Positions 1-10,169 are shown, counted from the stretch's first letter. The stretch is 64,000 nucleotides of DNA from Candidatus Taylorbacteria bacterium RIFCSPHIGHO2_02_FULL_46_13 (GCA_001821015.1 MHRQ01000020.1:44977-108976); one strand, 5' to 3'. Notes: generated by a model from the letters alone, not told the origin. Translations and numbers: made by a program.

Positions 1-35
1 ATTGAAGGGAAAAGACAATCGACTAATCCTGCTAC

Positions 36-1658
36 ATGAGTAAAACAGTATCAATAAAGACTTGTGTCGGTATCGGTGACATCCTTCATATCAAAGCTCA
101 ATTGGATGCGGTTAAGCATCAATATGAAAAAATCAGTATCGGCCCCGATGACAGTGACATAACCCTTTACCGAAACAATGATGACCGGTATAGGAAGTTT
201 GTCCGAGGACTGTTTGATCTCTTGTTCACCGAGAAGCCGTACGTGATAGATCCACACGTTTCAGGCGACAGAAAAAATCCGTACGCACTATGGGCGGACG
301 GGTTTGAGCCCGTGATCCCGAGGTTGGCGCATCTGTTATGTGACGGAGTTTCCGTATCTGCCGAACCGTATGTGGTTGTGCACACAAAGCTTCGCGGTTT
401 TAGAAGGTCTCATTACAATGATTTTAGGGCTGATTTCTTGAGGTTGATTGCCACTCTTGCTTGTAAATATCGCGTCGTTTTGCTTGGGGAAAGGACGATT
501 GGTTCAAACGCAGAATACAGAATTCATGGCCCCGAGCTGATATTTTCAATCTATGAGGATTTGCTAACCTGTCTGCCAGAGGATAAAATCATTGACCGTA
601 CCGTTCCCGAATTGGGTTTTACGTCGCCGGAGTTACCAAGATTTCTGGAGGAGTGTTTGATACAAAACAAAGCCACGCATGTTATTACGCTCGGAAGCGG
701 GGGAAATGTTTCAATAGCGATGTCGGTCGGCAACAGTATCGGCTACTACGGACAGTCACAGATGGAAGCATTTTTTGATAGAATGTTAGAGAACGATAGC
801 GATAAAAATGTTTTCTTGACCACAGATTTGAATCGGTATTTTGAGAAACTCGCTTCGCTTTCGTCGGTACCGTATGTACGCCGTCAGGCACCCCCCTCTC
901 TGCCCCTTACACCTAACAAAGAAATGAAAAATATCAAACACATCATTGAAGAGAAAAGACAGTCACATAACCCCGTATGGAAAATACTCGTTCAAGCGAA
1001 GGATTTCGCGTGGCGACTGAAACGCGCGCTACGGAACAACCGGCTTACTCACGTTGGAAAAAGGATTATAACGGATCATTTTAAGGAGTGGGAACCGAAA
1101 GACGAAGAGGTTTATTTGGATGTTGGGGCAAGAACTGGAGATGTGATCGGAATTTTCAAGCAAAAATTTCCGGGAGTCAAAGTTAAAATAGTGGCCGTTG
1201 AAGCTAACCCTAATGCCGTTGCGGCAATGAAGCGAGGTTACCCTGACGTCTTTGTCATCCAGAAGGGCGCTTGGAATAAGCAGGGGAAAGCTTCTCTTTC
1301 ACTGCCGAAGAATCTAGATTTTCTTGGAGAGGTTTCAGAAAACAGAAATCCGGATACGAGTTTGCCTAGATTTGATATAGAAGTAGATACGCTTGACCAC
1401 ATGCTCTCCGGTTTGGGGATTTCAGCTGTAGACTTTGTAAAGATTGACACAGAAGGGGCAGAACCGCAGGTTTTAGAGGGATTTACCAAATATAAAAAAG
1501 GGACAAAGTTCCACATTGAGTTTCATCGGAATGAAAATCGGGTTCTTGATATTTTGAAATCCAAAGGAATAAAAATCAATAGCACGGTGCGTTGGCCGGC
1601 AGATGTCAATCAAAAAGTCACCGCGGGCCAAGGTGAGATTTTTGCACAGAAAGAATAG
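36..1658 (+). CDS. Two-domain protein: N-terminal glycosyltransferase-like domain (weak GT-B/heptosyltransferase-like GIGD motif) fused to C-terminal FkbM-family SAM methyltransferase
   Basis: C-terminal ~150 aa (VYLDVGARTGDVIG ... VDFVKIDTEGAEPQVLEG) fit the FkbM methyltransferase pattern. N-terminus has KTCVGIGDILHIKAQLDAV, ITLGSGGN. Complete ORF in track. Confidence 0.5.
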   Translation: MSKTVSIKTCVGIGDILHIKAQLDAVKHQYEKISIGPDDSDITLYRNNDDRYRKFVRGLFDLLFTEKPYVIDPHVSGDRKNPYALWADGFEPVIPRLAHLLCDGVSVSAEPYVVVHTKLRGFRRSHYNDFRADFLRLIATLACKYRVVLLGERTIGSNAEYRIHGPELIFSIYEDLLTCLPEDKIIDRTVPELGFTSPELPRFLEECLIQNKATHVITLGSGGNVSIAMSVGNSIGYYGQSQMEAFFDRMLENDSDKNVFLTTDLNRYFEKLASLSSVPYVRRQAPPSLPLTPNKEMKNIKHIIEEKRQSHNPVWKILVQAKDFAWRLKRALRNNRLTHVGKRIITDHFKEWEPKDEEVYLDVGARTGDVIGIFKQKFPGVKVKIVAVEANPNAVAAMKRGYPDVFVIQKGAWNKQGKASLSLPKNLDFLGEVSENRNPDTSLPRFDIEVDTLDHMLSGLGISAVDFVKIDTEGAEPQVLEGFTKYKKGTKFHIEFHRNENRVLDILKSKGIKINSTVRWPADVNQKVTAGQGEIFAQKE

Positions 1659-1796
1659 GCGTAAGACGGACGAAGAAACGCTTTCAGATTCTACGCGATG
1701 TAAGAAAGCGTTCCCTTTACTTTCAAAATAGAAGTCAATGAGCGATCGTTTTGTCCTCCTATGGTCATATGATAGGATGGTTTGTAATACCTTATT

Positions 1797-3560
1797 TTGT
1801 ATATGTATCAGAGCAAACGTCATAATATTTTAGGACTGCATTTTGGTCACGGGGCGGGGGCGGCCATCATGTGCGATGGCAAAGTGGTTGCGGATGTTGC
1901 TGAAGAGCGGTGGAATCATGTTAAACATTCCAGTGATTTGCCTCTGGCCTCCATTCGGTTTTGTCTCAAGACTGCGGGTATCTCCATTCGTGAAATTGAC
2001 GAAATTGCAGTTGCGGGGTTGGCGGTGGGGGATCAGATAGAATCTATATTTGGACAAAAAGTAGCACTACCACAGAAGCAAGCCGAGAATTTTAAAGAAA
2101 CAATTTATTTTGCGGGGAAAAAGATAGTACGGGGGTTTTTGTTCGGGAATCGCCCGCAAACAACGCTTCGGACACCCCTCTACTGTAGAGAATTTTTTCT
2201 TGATGTATTGCCTACAGTTACTTTCGTTGAACATCATCTTGCTCACGCCGCCGCTGCGTATCTCACCACAAATGATGACCGGAAGATGATTATTGCTACG
2301 GTAGATGGGGCGGGGGACTCTAAATCATCATGTATGTGGAAAGGAGAGAATGGGAAGATTGTTCCGTTAGTGAAATATGATTATACAAGCTCTATAGGCT
2401 GGTTTTACAGTAATGTGACGGAAGCTATTGGGTGGTGGCACGGAGATGGAGAAGGGAAAACTATGGGTCTGGCTCCCTATGGCGATTATAAAAAATGCAA
2501 AGGAGCGCTTGACGGATTCTATCCGCAATTCAAAAATGGAGAATTAGTGAAGCCCAGAAATTTTCCGCAGACGACAGAGTTTAAGCTTTCAGGATCAATC
2601 CACTGGCATTCTGCTGATGCAGAGGCAATTGCAAAAATGGTAAAACAATACGGAACAGAAGATATTTCTGCGGAAGCTCAGAGAATTCTGGAGGAGCAAG
2701 TGATGGAATTTGTGATGCCGTGGCTGGTTAAAGAAAATACAAAAATTTTGGCTACCTCGGGCGGCGTTTTTCTGAATGTAAAGTTGAATCAAAGAATCTG
2801 GGAGTCAGGAAAAGTGCAGTCTCATTATCCGTACCCCAACCCCGGCGACTCGGGGTTGCCTTTAGGTGCCGCGCTCTATGTTGCAAATGAAAATGGGAGT
2901 TTAGAGAAGCCTGTAGCGAACCATTTGTATTGGGGTCCAGAATATTCCAACGAAGAGATTGAAAAGATTATTAAAGGAAGGGGTTTGGCGTATCGTAAGT
3001 CTAACGATGTGTCAGCCGAAGCGGCAAAATTTTTATCAGAAGATAAAATCGTCGGCTGGTTTCAAGGGAGGATGGAGTCGGGTCCACGAGCACTGGGCAA
3101 TCGCTCTATCTTAATGAGCCCAAAAAAGGCCGAGAACAAAGATATCATAAATGCTCGAGTAAAGTTTCGTGAAGCCTTTCGGCCGTTTTGCCCGTCTTTA
3201 ATTGATGAAGCCAAAGAGAAATATTTGGTGAAAGCGCGAAAAGAGAGATTTATGGTGACTTCGTTTGATTGTAAGCCAGAACGAAGGGGCGAACTTCCTG
3301 CGGTGGTGCATGTTGATGGCACCTTGCGTCCGCAGACTGTTACCAAGGAAGATAATCCTCTATATTGGAAACTTATATCAGAATTCGGAAAATTGACTGG
3401 TACGCCAGTTGTTTTAAATACATCCATGAATAGTATGGGTGAACCTATCGCGTGTTCTCCGCGCGAAGCGATACGTTGCTTCTTTGATTCGGGAATAGAC
3501 GCCTTAATTCTTGGAGATTTTATTCTTGAAAAATCCGTCTCTCGGTCATCAAAAACGTAA
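1797..3560 (+). CDS. Carbamoyltransferase, NodU/CmcH/NovN family
   Basis: N-terminal ASKHA-like HFGHGAGAAIMCDGKVVADVAEERWNHVKHSSDLP and overall ~590 aa length are typical of O-carbamoyltransferases. Confidence 0.8.
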   Translation: MYMYQSKRHNILGLHFGHGAGAAIMCDGKVVADVAEERWNHVKHSSDLPLASIRFCLKTAGISIREIDEIAVAGLAVGDQIESIFGQKVALPQKQAENFKETIYFAGKKIVRGFLFGNRPQTTLRTPLYCREFFLDVLPTVTFVEHHLAHAAAAYLTTNDDRKMIIATVDGAGDSKSSCMWKGENGKIVPLVKYDYTSSIGWFYSNVTEAIGWWHGDGEGKTMGLAPYGDYKKCKGALDGFYPQFKNGELVKPRNFPQTTEFKLSGSIHWHSADAEAIAKMVKQYGTEDISAEAQRILEEQVMEFVMPWLVKENTKILATSGGVFLNVKLNQRIWESGKVQSHYPYPNPGDSGLPLGAALYVANENGSLEKPVANHLYWGPEYSNEEIEKIIKGRGLAYRKSNDVSAEAAKFLSEDKIVGWFQGRMESGPRALGNRSILMSPKKAENKDIINARVKFREAFRPFCPSLIDEAKEKYLVKARKERFMVTSFDCKPERRGELPAVVHVDGTLRPQTVTKEDNPLYWKLISEFGKLTGTPVVLNTSMNSMGEPIACSPREAIRCFFDSGIDALILGDFILEKSVSRSSKT

Positions 3561-3629
3561 GACGGGCTCTCGCTCTTAATTGGAGAGGGAGGTGTAGGGT
3601 TTTAAGTTCAGCGTAGTTGTTTTTCCGTT

Positions 3630-4556
3630 TCAGGATGAGCCTCTTTTTTGCAGACGAGTTCTCCAGCCCAAGGTCCTGTAAAGTTTGCGTGTAATTCTTT
3701 TAAAAAGAGGATGACCTAAAAATAAGTCCTCGGTTTTATCGAGCAGTACCGAGATAGAGGTGTTCTTTTTCGCTTGAGTATCGGTTAAAGTCAGAATATT
3801 CCAATTTTTCTTGAGAATCGGCAGCTTCCAGGTTTCATTCTCGCGTGCATACCTGTGCACATACAATTTTTGCTTCGGGTTTTCATAGCTGAGGCAGTCA
3901 ACAAGGAACATAAAAGAAGAGTCAATCACATGTATTTCTTTCGCCCGTTCTATGATCGTGCAGTAGTCAAAGATATTTTTGGTGAGTGCCGGATCCGGAG
4001 AGAAGGTGCGATATTTCTTGTCAATAAATTTTCTCTCAATGCGGTAGTTCCTCGGCGCATCCTCGTGGAGAAATAGGTACTCACTGTTAGGCGCAACTTG
4101 ATTAAAGAAGGCCGTTTCTTTTTGAAGGTCTCTCTCAACAAAAAAGCTGTCCCACTTTTTTGTGAAAGCTACTCCAGCGATATCATAAAACTGTTTTTCA
4201 AACGGGGTTCCTGATTGTCTGTCCAGGTATTGGAATCCTATGATTTTTACTTCATCATAGCGGCTGCCGTTGAGAGCAATAAATTCTTTTACCAGCGCCT
4301 CATCTTTGGCAATAATTTCAAGATTCTTCAGATCGTGATACATGAACGATATAGAAGGATAGTTTTGGGGGGTTGAAAAGAGCGAGACTTTTTCGTATTT
4401 TTTACAATACTCTCGAATGATTCCGTGGCAAATGATATGGTCGCCCAAGCCAGATTGGTGTCGTAGCAAGATATGAGACATGGTTGTTTCTTTTACCGGG
4501 TGAATGTAACGAAGCGTTGGATTAAGGTCCCCATCTAATTTGATGGAGTATAGCAT
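3630..4556 (-). CDS. Hypothetical glycosyltransferase-like protein (true start possibly internal Met near 4481)
   Basis: ORF in track. ILLRHQSGLGDHIICHG motif resembles the GxGD motif in the N-terminus of the 36..1658 protein. No confident family assignment. Confidence 0.35.
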   Translation of the reverse strand: MLYSIKLDGDLNPTLRYIHPVKETTMSHILLRHQSGLGDHIICHGIIREYCKKYEKVSLFSTPQNYPSISFMYHDLKNLEIIAKDEALVKEFIALNGSRYDEVKIIGFQYLDRQSGTPFEKQFYDIAGVAFTKKWDSFFVERDLQKETAFFNQVAPNSEYLFLHEDAPRNYRIERKFIDKKYRTFSPDPALTKNIFDYCTIIERAKEIHVIDSSFMFLVDCLSYENPKQKLYVHRYARENETWKLPILKKNWNILTLTDTQAKKNTSISVLLDKTEDLFLGHPLFKRITRKLYRTLGWRTRLQKRGSS

Positions 4557-4605
4557 TTTCTAAAATTTCATGGTAGATTGGCGAAAAACCTGCTAAAATA
4601 ATCAC

Positions 4606-5640
4606 ATGAAGGCGGCACTATTAGAGAAAATAAACGGTCCATTGACCGTTGGAGATGTTCAGTTGACTGATTTATTATTCGGTCAGGTTTTGGTCAAGGT
4701 TTTGGTGAGTGGCATTTGCGGAGCGCAATTACAGGAGATTGCGGGCAATAAAGGTAATGCAAAATTTGTTCCGCACCTCTTAGGTCATGAAGGCTGTGGC
4801 ATCGTAGAAGCTACGGGTGTCGGAGTAACGAACGTAAAGAAAGGCGACAAAGTCATCATGCATTGGCGAAAAGGGGACGGCATTGAGTCTGATTTTCCGA
4901 GCTATGTATTTAATGGAAAAGTCATCAAGAGCGGAAAAATCACGACTTTTAATGAATATTCTATTGTTTCCGAAAATAGGATTACTCCGGTTCCAGAGGA
5001 CACCCCGAATGAGTTCTGCGCTTTGCTTGGATGTGGGCTCTCCACAGCCCTTGGCACTATAAACGATGAAGCAAATGTAAAGTTTGGTGAGAGTGTCATG
5101 ATAATAGGGGCTGGTGGCCTCGGGCTCAACCTCGTGCGGGCGGCGACACTTGCAAGTGCGCACCCCATCATCTCCGTTGATATCTACGACCATAAAAAAG
5201 AAATGGCCGAGTCGCTTGGCGCGCATCTCTACATCAACGCCGCAACACACAATATTCAGAACGAACTACAGAAAAAATTCGGTATGAGAGAGGTTGATGT
5301 AATCGTTGAAACTTCAGGAAGCAAGCAGGCGTTAGAAAATTCACTGCCTCTCTTAAGCGGTAGTGGGAGATACATCATGATCGGGCAACCTCGTCCCGGT
5401 GAAAGTGTTGAGCTTTTAAACGCCAATCATTTATTTGGCGGAGAGGGAAAAATGATTAAAGCGACACAAGGCGGCAGGTTTTCACCGAGTAGGGATATTC
5501 CGAGATATGTGAAGCTATACAAGGCGGGGATATTGAACATAGACAATATTATTACGCATCGGGTGAAGTTGGATAAGATCAATGATGCCATTGAGTTAGT
5601 TAGAAAAGGACAAGCAAGCCGCATACTCATAGAGATGTAG
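4606..5640 (+). CDS. Zinc-dependent alcohol dehydrogenase (medium-chain dehydrogenase/reductase family)
   Basis: GICGAQLQEIAGNKGNAKFVPHLLGHEGCGIVEATG (catalytic Zn site pattern) and GAGGLGL Rossmann motif. Confidence 0.8.
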   Translation: MKAALLEKINGPLTVGDVQLTDLLFGQVLVKVLVSGICGAQLQEIAGNKGNAKFVPHLLGHEGCGIVEATGVGVTNVKKGDKVIMHWRKGDGIESDFPSYVFNGKVIKSGKITTFNEYSIVSENRITPVPEDTPNEFCALLGCGLSTALGTINDEANVKFGESVMIIGAGGLGLNLVRAATLASAHPIISVDIYDHKKEMAESLGAHLYINAATHNIQNELQKKFGMREVDVIVETSGSKQALENSLPLLSGSGRYIMIGQPRPGESVELLNANHLFGGEGKMIKATQGGRFSPSRDIPRYVKLYKAGILNIDNIITHRVKLDKINDAIELVRKGQASRILIEM

Positions 5641-5644
5641 TTGT

Positions 5645-6604
5645 ATGAGTACTCCACTACTTGAAGCGTATAAAAAGATGTTTCTTATTCGGTTCACCGA
5701 GCAGGCGCTTGTAGAGTTGTATTTGAAACACAAAATAATGAGCTTTGTGCATTTTTATGTTGGTCAGGAGGCGGTCGCGGTTGGTGTGTGCAACAACTTG
5801 CGGAAGGAAGATAGGGTGCTCGGTAACCATCGCTCTCACGGCCATTACCTTGCTAAAGGAGGAGATTTACGTGCCATGATTTCTGAATTACTTGGAAAGG
5901 AAGGCGGGTCAAGCAAAGGGAAGGGTGGTTCTATGCATATGATAGATACGTCCGTGAATTTTATCGGTTCAACTCCAATTCTGGGAAGTGTGGTTCCCCT
6001 TGCGTCGGGTGCCGCATTTGAGCAGAAATATAATAAAAGGAAAGATATCACCGCAGTCTTTTTTGGAGACGGTGCGTTTGAAGAGGGTGTTGTGTACGAA
6101 ACGCTTAATCTTTCTGCGCTGTTCGCGCTTCCTTTGCTCTTTGTGGTAGAGAATAATTTATACTCGGTTAATTCTACATTGAAAGAGAGGAGGTCTGCGA
6201 ATCATAATGTTGAAAAAATTGTTACGGGGTTTGGAGTAACGTATCTCAAAGCTGACGGCAATGATTACGAGGATGTGTTTGAGAAAGCGCGGATGCTTAC
6301 AAAAGGGATTCGTGCGGGCGCAGGTCCTGCAGTGCTTGAGTGCATGACCTATCGGCATATGGCCCACAGCGCGCCTATCTTTGATGATGCGGCGGGCTAT
6401 CGGCAAGAAGATCCATTGGAGCGGCGGTTGGAGAGAGATCCGATTAAAAAGGTAAGGCGCTCCCTGTTGGAAAGTGGCATACCTGAAAACACGTTGGTAA
6501 CTTTAGAAGAGAAGATTCGTACCAGTGTGGCCGAGAGCATTCAATGTGCAGTAGATGCGCCTTATCCGAAAAAAGAAACTCTCTATACCAATTTATATGC
6601 CTGA
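5645..6604 (+). CDS. Thiamine-diphosphate-dependent dehydrogenase E1 component, alpha subunit
   Basis: FYVGQEAVAVGVC, HRSHGHYLAKGGD, GGSMHM and TPP motif GDGAFEEG...VVENN. Confidence 0.8.
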   Translation: MSTPLLEAYKKMFLIRFTEQALVELYLKHKIMSFVHFYVGQEAVAVGVCNNLRKEDRVLGNHRSHGHYLAKGGDLRAMISELLGKEGGSSKGKGGSMHMIDTSVNFIGSTPILGSVVPLASGAAFEQKYNKRKDITAVFFGDGAFEEGVVYETLNLSALFALPLLFVVENNLYSVNSTLKERRSANHNVEKIVTGFGVTYLKADGNDYEDVFEKARMLTKGIRAGAGPAVLECMTYRHMAHSAPIFDDAAGYRQEDPLERRLERDPIKKVRRSLLESGIPENTLVTLEEKIRTSVAESIQCAVDAPYPKKETLYTNLYA

Positions 6605-7637
6605 GAGAATTATTAAATATTCCGAAGCGATACAAGAAGCAACCGACCAGATGATGGGCGCTGACCCAAGAGTTTTTATTATCGGGCTTGGTGTTTCATA
6701 CCCGAAGGGCGCGGACGGGACTACGGCGGGGCTAAAGAGTACATATCCAGAACGAGTATTTGATGTCTCGGTTTCCGAACACGGATTTACCGGCATGGCG
6801 GTTGGCGCCGCGATAAACGGGCTTCACCCCATTGTTCATCATGGCAGAGTTGAGTTCAGTCTTCTTGCGGCAGATCAGATATTCACCCAAGCGGCAAAAT
6901 GGAATTATATGTTCGGAGGAGGCCATCCCGTTCCTATTGTTTTTCGGATAAATGTCGGTAGGCAGTGGGGGAACGGACCACAACACACGCAAGCGTTGTA
7001 TGCGCTCTTCGGCAATGTTCCCGGTCTTAAAGTTGTCATTCCATCGTCACCAAAAATGGCCAAAGGCCTTCTGGTGTCGGCTCTTAAGGATAAAAATCCT
7101 GTGGTTATGCTTGAGCCAAGGTGGCTTTTCAATATAAAACAGAATGTGCCTGTTCAATTATTCTCCGAGCCACTTGATAAAGCGGTTATTATAAAAGAGG
7201 GCGCTGAGGTGACGGTTGTTGCGTATGGAGACGGTCTCTTCTCGGCGAGAGAGTCGCTCGCTCTCGTGGGCGACACGGTTGACATTGAGCTCATTGACAT
7301 CGTGAGCATCAATCCGATTGATTACAAGACGATCTTCCAGTCGGTCAAAAAAACAGGGAGGTTATTATGCGTTGATACTACGAACGGGGCATTTAATGTA
7401 GGGTCCGAGGTTATCGCACAGGTAGCAAGAAATAAATCTATAAAACTTAAAAGTAATCCGGTTGCGCTTTCTTGTCCAAATGTTCCTTGTCCGACCTCAA
7501 CGGCACTCACCGAATTTTTTTATCCCACAAAAGTTGACATTGCTAACGCGCTCCTTAGCACATTCAAGAAACCCTTGATTAATCAAACGCTGAGTTTTGA
7601 GGAGCTTCACTTGGCCCCGACCGATACCATACAATGA
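6597..7637 (+). CDS. Thiamine-diphosphate-dependent dehydrogenase E1 component, beta subunit (transketolase-like pyrimidine-binding and C-terminal domains)
   Basis: MPERIIKYSEAIQEATDQMMGADPRVFIIGLGV... Start moved to ATG 6597, which overlaps the alpha-subunit stop (ATGCCTGA). Track ORF starts 6555 in the same frame. Confidence 0.75.
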   Translation: MPERIIKYSEAIQEATDQMMGADPRVFIIGLGVSYPKGADGTTAGLKSTYPERVFDVSVSEHGFTGMAVGAAINGLHPIVHHGRVEFSLLAADQIFTQAAKWNYMFGGGHPVPIVFRINVGRQWGNGPQHTQALYALFGNVPGLKVVIPSSPKMAKGLLVSALKDKNPVVMLEPRWLFNIKQNVPVQLFSEPLDKAVIIKEGAEVTVVAYGDGLFSARESLALVGDTVDIELIDIVSINPIDYKTIFQSVKKTGRLLCVDTTNGAFNVGSEVIAQVARNKSIKLKSNPVALSCPNVPCPTSTALTEFFYPTKVDIANALLSTFKKPLINQTLSFEELHLAPTDTIQ

Positions 7638-8377
7638 AAAAAATATTGGTTATCGGTGAGAGCTGTCGGGATATATTCGTATATTGCAAAGCGGAGCGTT
7701 TGGCTCCTGATGTGCCGATTCCAGTGCTGAGTGTTGTTGAACAAAAAGATAATCCCGGTATGGCAAAGAATGTTGAGCGGAACATACGAAGTATTTACAA
7801 AGCATGTAAGATTCTGACAAATCCGGGCTGGCAGAAAGTTACTAAGACGCGGTATATGCATGCGAGTAGCAATCATGCATTTCTGAGAGTTGATACGGAT
7901 CACAGAATAAAGAGAATACATATCAGACAGGCACCGCTTCATACATATGAATTAATTGCCATTTCTGATTATAATAAAGGATACTTAACCGAGGGGGACA
8001 TTAGGTATATTTGCGAAAATCATAGCAATGTCTTTATTGATACCAAAAAAGTTTTAGGTGAGTGGGCTGCAAAGGCGAAATATATCAAAATAAATAACTA
8101 TGAATACGAACGGTCAAAATCACATATATCTGATGCGCTCAAAGATAAGATAATCGTTACAAAAGGGGCTCGGGGGGCTACTTTCCAGGGTAATCTTTAT
8201 CCGGTGCCAAGGAAGGTGGAAGTAAGAGATTCTTCCGGAGCGGGGGACAGTTTCTTTGCAGCCTTGGTAGTGCATTATGCTAAGTCTGGAGATATAGAAA
8301 AGGCAATAACATTTGCGAATACCTGCGCCTCTACTGTTGTTCAGTTGAAGGGAGTCTCAGTTATCGTCGAGCGTTGA
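7634..8377 (+). CDS. PfkB-family carbohydrate kinase (ribokinase-like; short form resembling heptose-7-phosphate kinase domain)
   Basis: C-terminal DSSGAGDSFFAAL (GAGD anion-hole motif). ATGA overlap with upstream gene. Confidence 0.65.
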   Translation: MKKILVIGESCRDIFVYCKAERLAPDVPIPVLSVVEQKDNPGMAKNVERNIRSIYKACKILTNPGWQKVTKTRYMHASSNHAFLRVDTDHRIKRIHIRQAPLHTYELIAISDYNKGYLTEGDIRYICENHSNVFIDTKKVLGEWAAKAKYIKINNYEYERSKSHISDALKDKIIVTKGARGATFQGNLYPVPRKVEVRDSSGAGDSFFAALVVHYAKSGDIEKAITFANTCASTVVQLKGVSVIVER

Positions 8378-8414
8378 AGATCTGGGGAACAAAGAAGGTA
8401 AGAAGATATACCAA

Positions 8415-9581
8415 ATGTCAGACCCATTAATCAATACATTGTATCTCATATTTCACGGGCGTTTCCCCGGAGAGAAGGCCGCGGCCGTGTTCGCGGCCGA
8501 GAGCGCGCAAGCCTTCGCCGATAACGGTTTTTCGGTAACGGTTGTCGTGCCTCGCCGCCTCGCTCGGTTGAAAGAATCGGTGGAACAGTGTTACGGTATC
8601 AAAGGCAACTTTAGAACCGTGTTTGTTCCCATACTTGATTTATTTGAGATCCCGCTCGTCAAGACAATGGCGTTTAAAATAAGCTATAGTACATTTTCCA
8701 TTTCAACATTCTTCTATATCTTATTCAGTGCAAAAAGACGCCACACCGTCATCTATTCAAATGAATCGCTCCCCCTGCTACTCCTTTCGTTTTTCTTTCC
8801 GAACACGTTTTATGAAGTGCACGATTTTCCTCGCCACTCGCTCTTACATCGCATCCTCCTGTCTTTGGTGAAGGGTGTGATAGTAACTAACCGTTCAAAG
8901 AAAGGAGAGCTTGCACGACAGTTTGGCCTTGCCGATAGAAAACTCTTCTATGAACCCAACGCTGTGGATGTGGAAGGATTTGCTAAGGCGATAGGCGTTA
9001 CGGTTCGCAAGAAGCTTAACCTTTCTCCGGGTACGGTGCTTGTCGGGTACGCCGGAGCACTGAAGACCATGGGGATGGAGAAGGGAATTGGGCTTTTGTT
9101 AGAGGCTGTTGCTTCCTTGCCACCGCGTTTTCGTCTGCTTATTGTCGGAGGGAATACTGATGACGTGTCTGCGTACAAAGCAGTATCTCGCACGCTTCAC
9201 ATAAGCGATCGGGTTGCATTTGTTGGGTGGGTGCGTCATAGCGAGGTGAGTGAATATTTGGCGGCCTGTGACATCCTCGTCGCTCCATTTCCTGACACAC
9301 CCCATTATCGGTTTCTCATGTCTCCGCTAAAAATTTTTGAGTATATGGCCGCGGGGAAGCCGATCGTGGCATCGCGTCTGGAGTCTATCACGGAGTTACT
9401 CAATGATGATTCGGCATATTTGGTAACACCCGGCGATGGTAAATTTCTTGCACAAGGGATTCAGACAGCCGCTTCTTCGCCAGATGCGCGCACAAAGGCA
9501 CTACATGCTAAGGAGTTGGTACAAAATCATTCTTGGAATAAACGAGCGAGGCGAATCATTGACTTTTTTGGTAAATATTGA
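8415..9581 (+). CDS. Glycosyltransferase family 4 (GT-B, Glycos_transf_1-type)
   Basis: C-terminal ILVAPFPDTPHYRFLMSPLKIFEYMAAGKPIVASRL matches the E-x7-E GT4 motif region. Confidence 0.75.
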   Translation: MSDPLINTLYLIFHGRFPGEKAAAVFAAESAQAFADNGFSVTVVVPRRLARLKESVEQCYGIKGNFRTVFVPILDLFEIPLVKTMAFKISYSTFSISTFFYILFSAKRRHTVIYSNESLPLLLLSFFFPNTFYEVHDFPRHSLLHRILLSLVKGVIVTNRSKKGELARQFGLADRKLFYEPNAVDVEGFAKAIGVTVRKKLNLSPGTVLVGYAGALKTMGMEKGIGLLLEAVASLPPRFRLLIVGGNTDDVSAYKAVSRTLHISDRVAFVGWVRHSEVSEYLAACDILVAPFPDTPHYRFLMSPLKIFEYMAAGKPIVASRLESITELLNDDSAYLVTPGDGKFLAQGIQTAASSPDARTKALHAKELVQNHSWNKRARRIIDFFGKY

Positions 9582-9596
9582 TACAGTTTTTCTCGT

Positions 9597-10169
9597 ATGA
9601 ACAAACAATCGGACACGCTTCAAGTAGTTTTAGCACGCAACATCAAAGCAGTGGTGTTTGACGGTGATGGTGTTATATTCACCAGTCAGGTCTTTTTCGA
9701 TGCCGCTGGCGAGGCTCTTAAAGAACGCAGTTTCATTGATGGGCAAGGTATTTCACTTTTGCGTTCGGCAGGTGTACAGGTGGCGTTGATAACGGCAGAA
9801 AAGTCAGCGTTTGCCGAGATCTTTGTGGCCAAGATGAACAGCTTGCCTTCCGTTAAATCCGGTATGTGGCAACCGATGGAGCTGGTGACTGACGTTATCG
9901 GTCAAGGGAAAGTTGATGCAGTAGAGAAGTGGATCAAGTCTCGAAATCTTTCATGGGACGAGTGCGCGTACATGGGTGATGACATTGGCGATTACAAAGT
10001 GATGGAGAAAGTAGCTTTTAGAGCATGCCCGATAGGGGCGGAAGAGGCCATCAAATCCTTTTCGCATTTTGTTGCTACGCGTGCAGGCGGACAAGGGGCT
10101 GTGCGAGATTTATGTAATTTCATTTTGAAAGCGAAGGGGATTGATCAGCTTTCTCTTGATTTGCGCTAG
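9597..10169 (+). CDS. HAD-superfamily phosphatase, KdsC family (KDO-8-P / nonulosonate-9-P phosphatase-like)
   Basis: AVVFDGDGVIF (DxD nucleophile motif), MGDDIGDY, GGQGAVRD tail typical of KdsC. Confidence 0.7.
   Translation: MNKQSDTLQVVLARNIKAVVFDGDGVIFTSQVFFDAAGEALKERSFIDGQGISLLRSAGVQVALITAEKSAFAEIFVAKMNSLPSVKSGMWQPMELVTDVIGQGKVDAVEKWIKSRNLSWDECAYMGDDIGDYKVMEKVAFRACPIGAEEAIKSFSHFVATRAGGQGAVRDLCNFILKAKGIDQLSLDLR

Noticed and set aside
4780-5250. Antisense ORFs (e.g. 4780..5250, 4902..5171, 6158..6406, 35146..35610, 37470..38084, 42966..43514)
   Set aside because: They are embedded opposite well-supported conserved genes (ADH, E1 alpha, radical SAM, Wzy-like, SecA) and show no motifs; treated as spurious.
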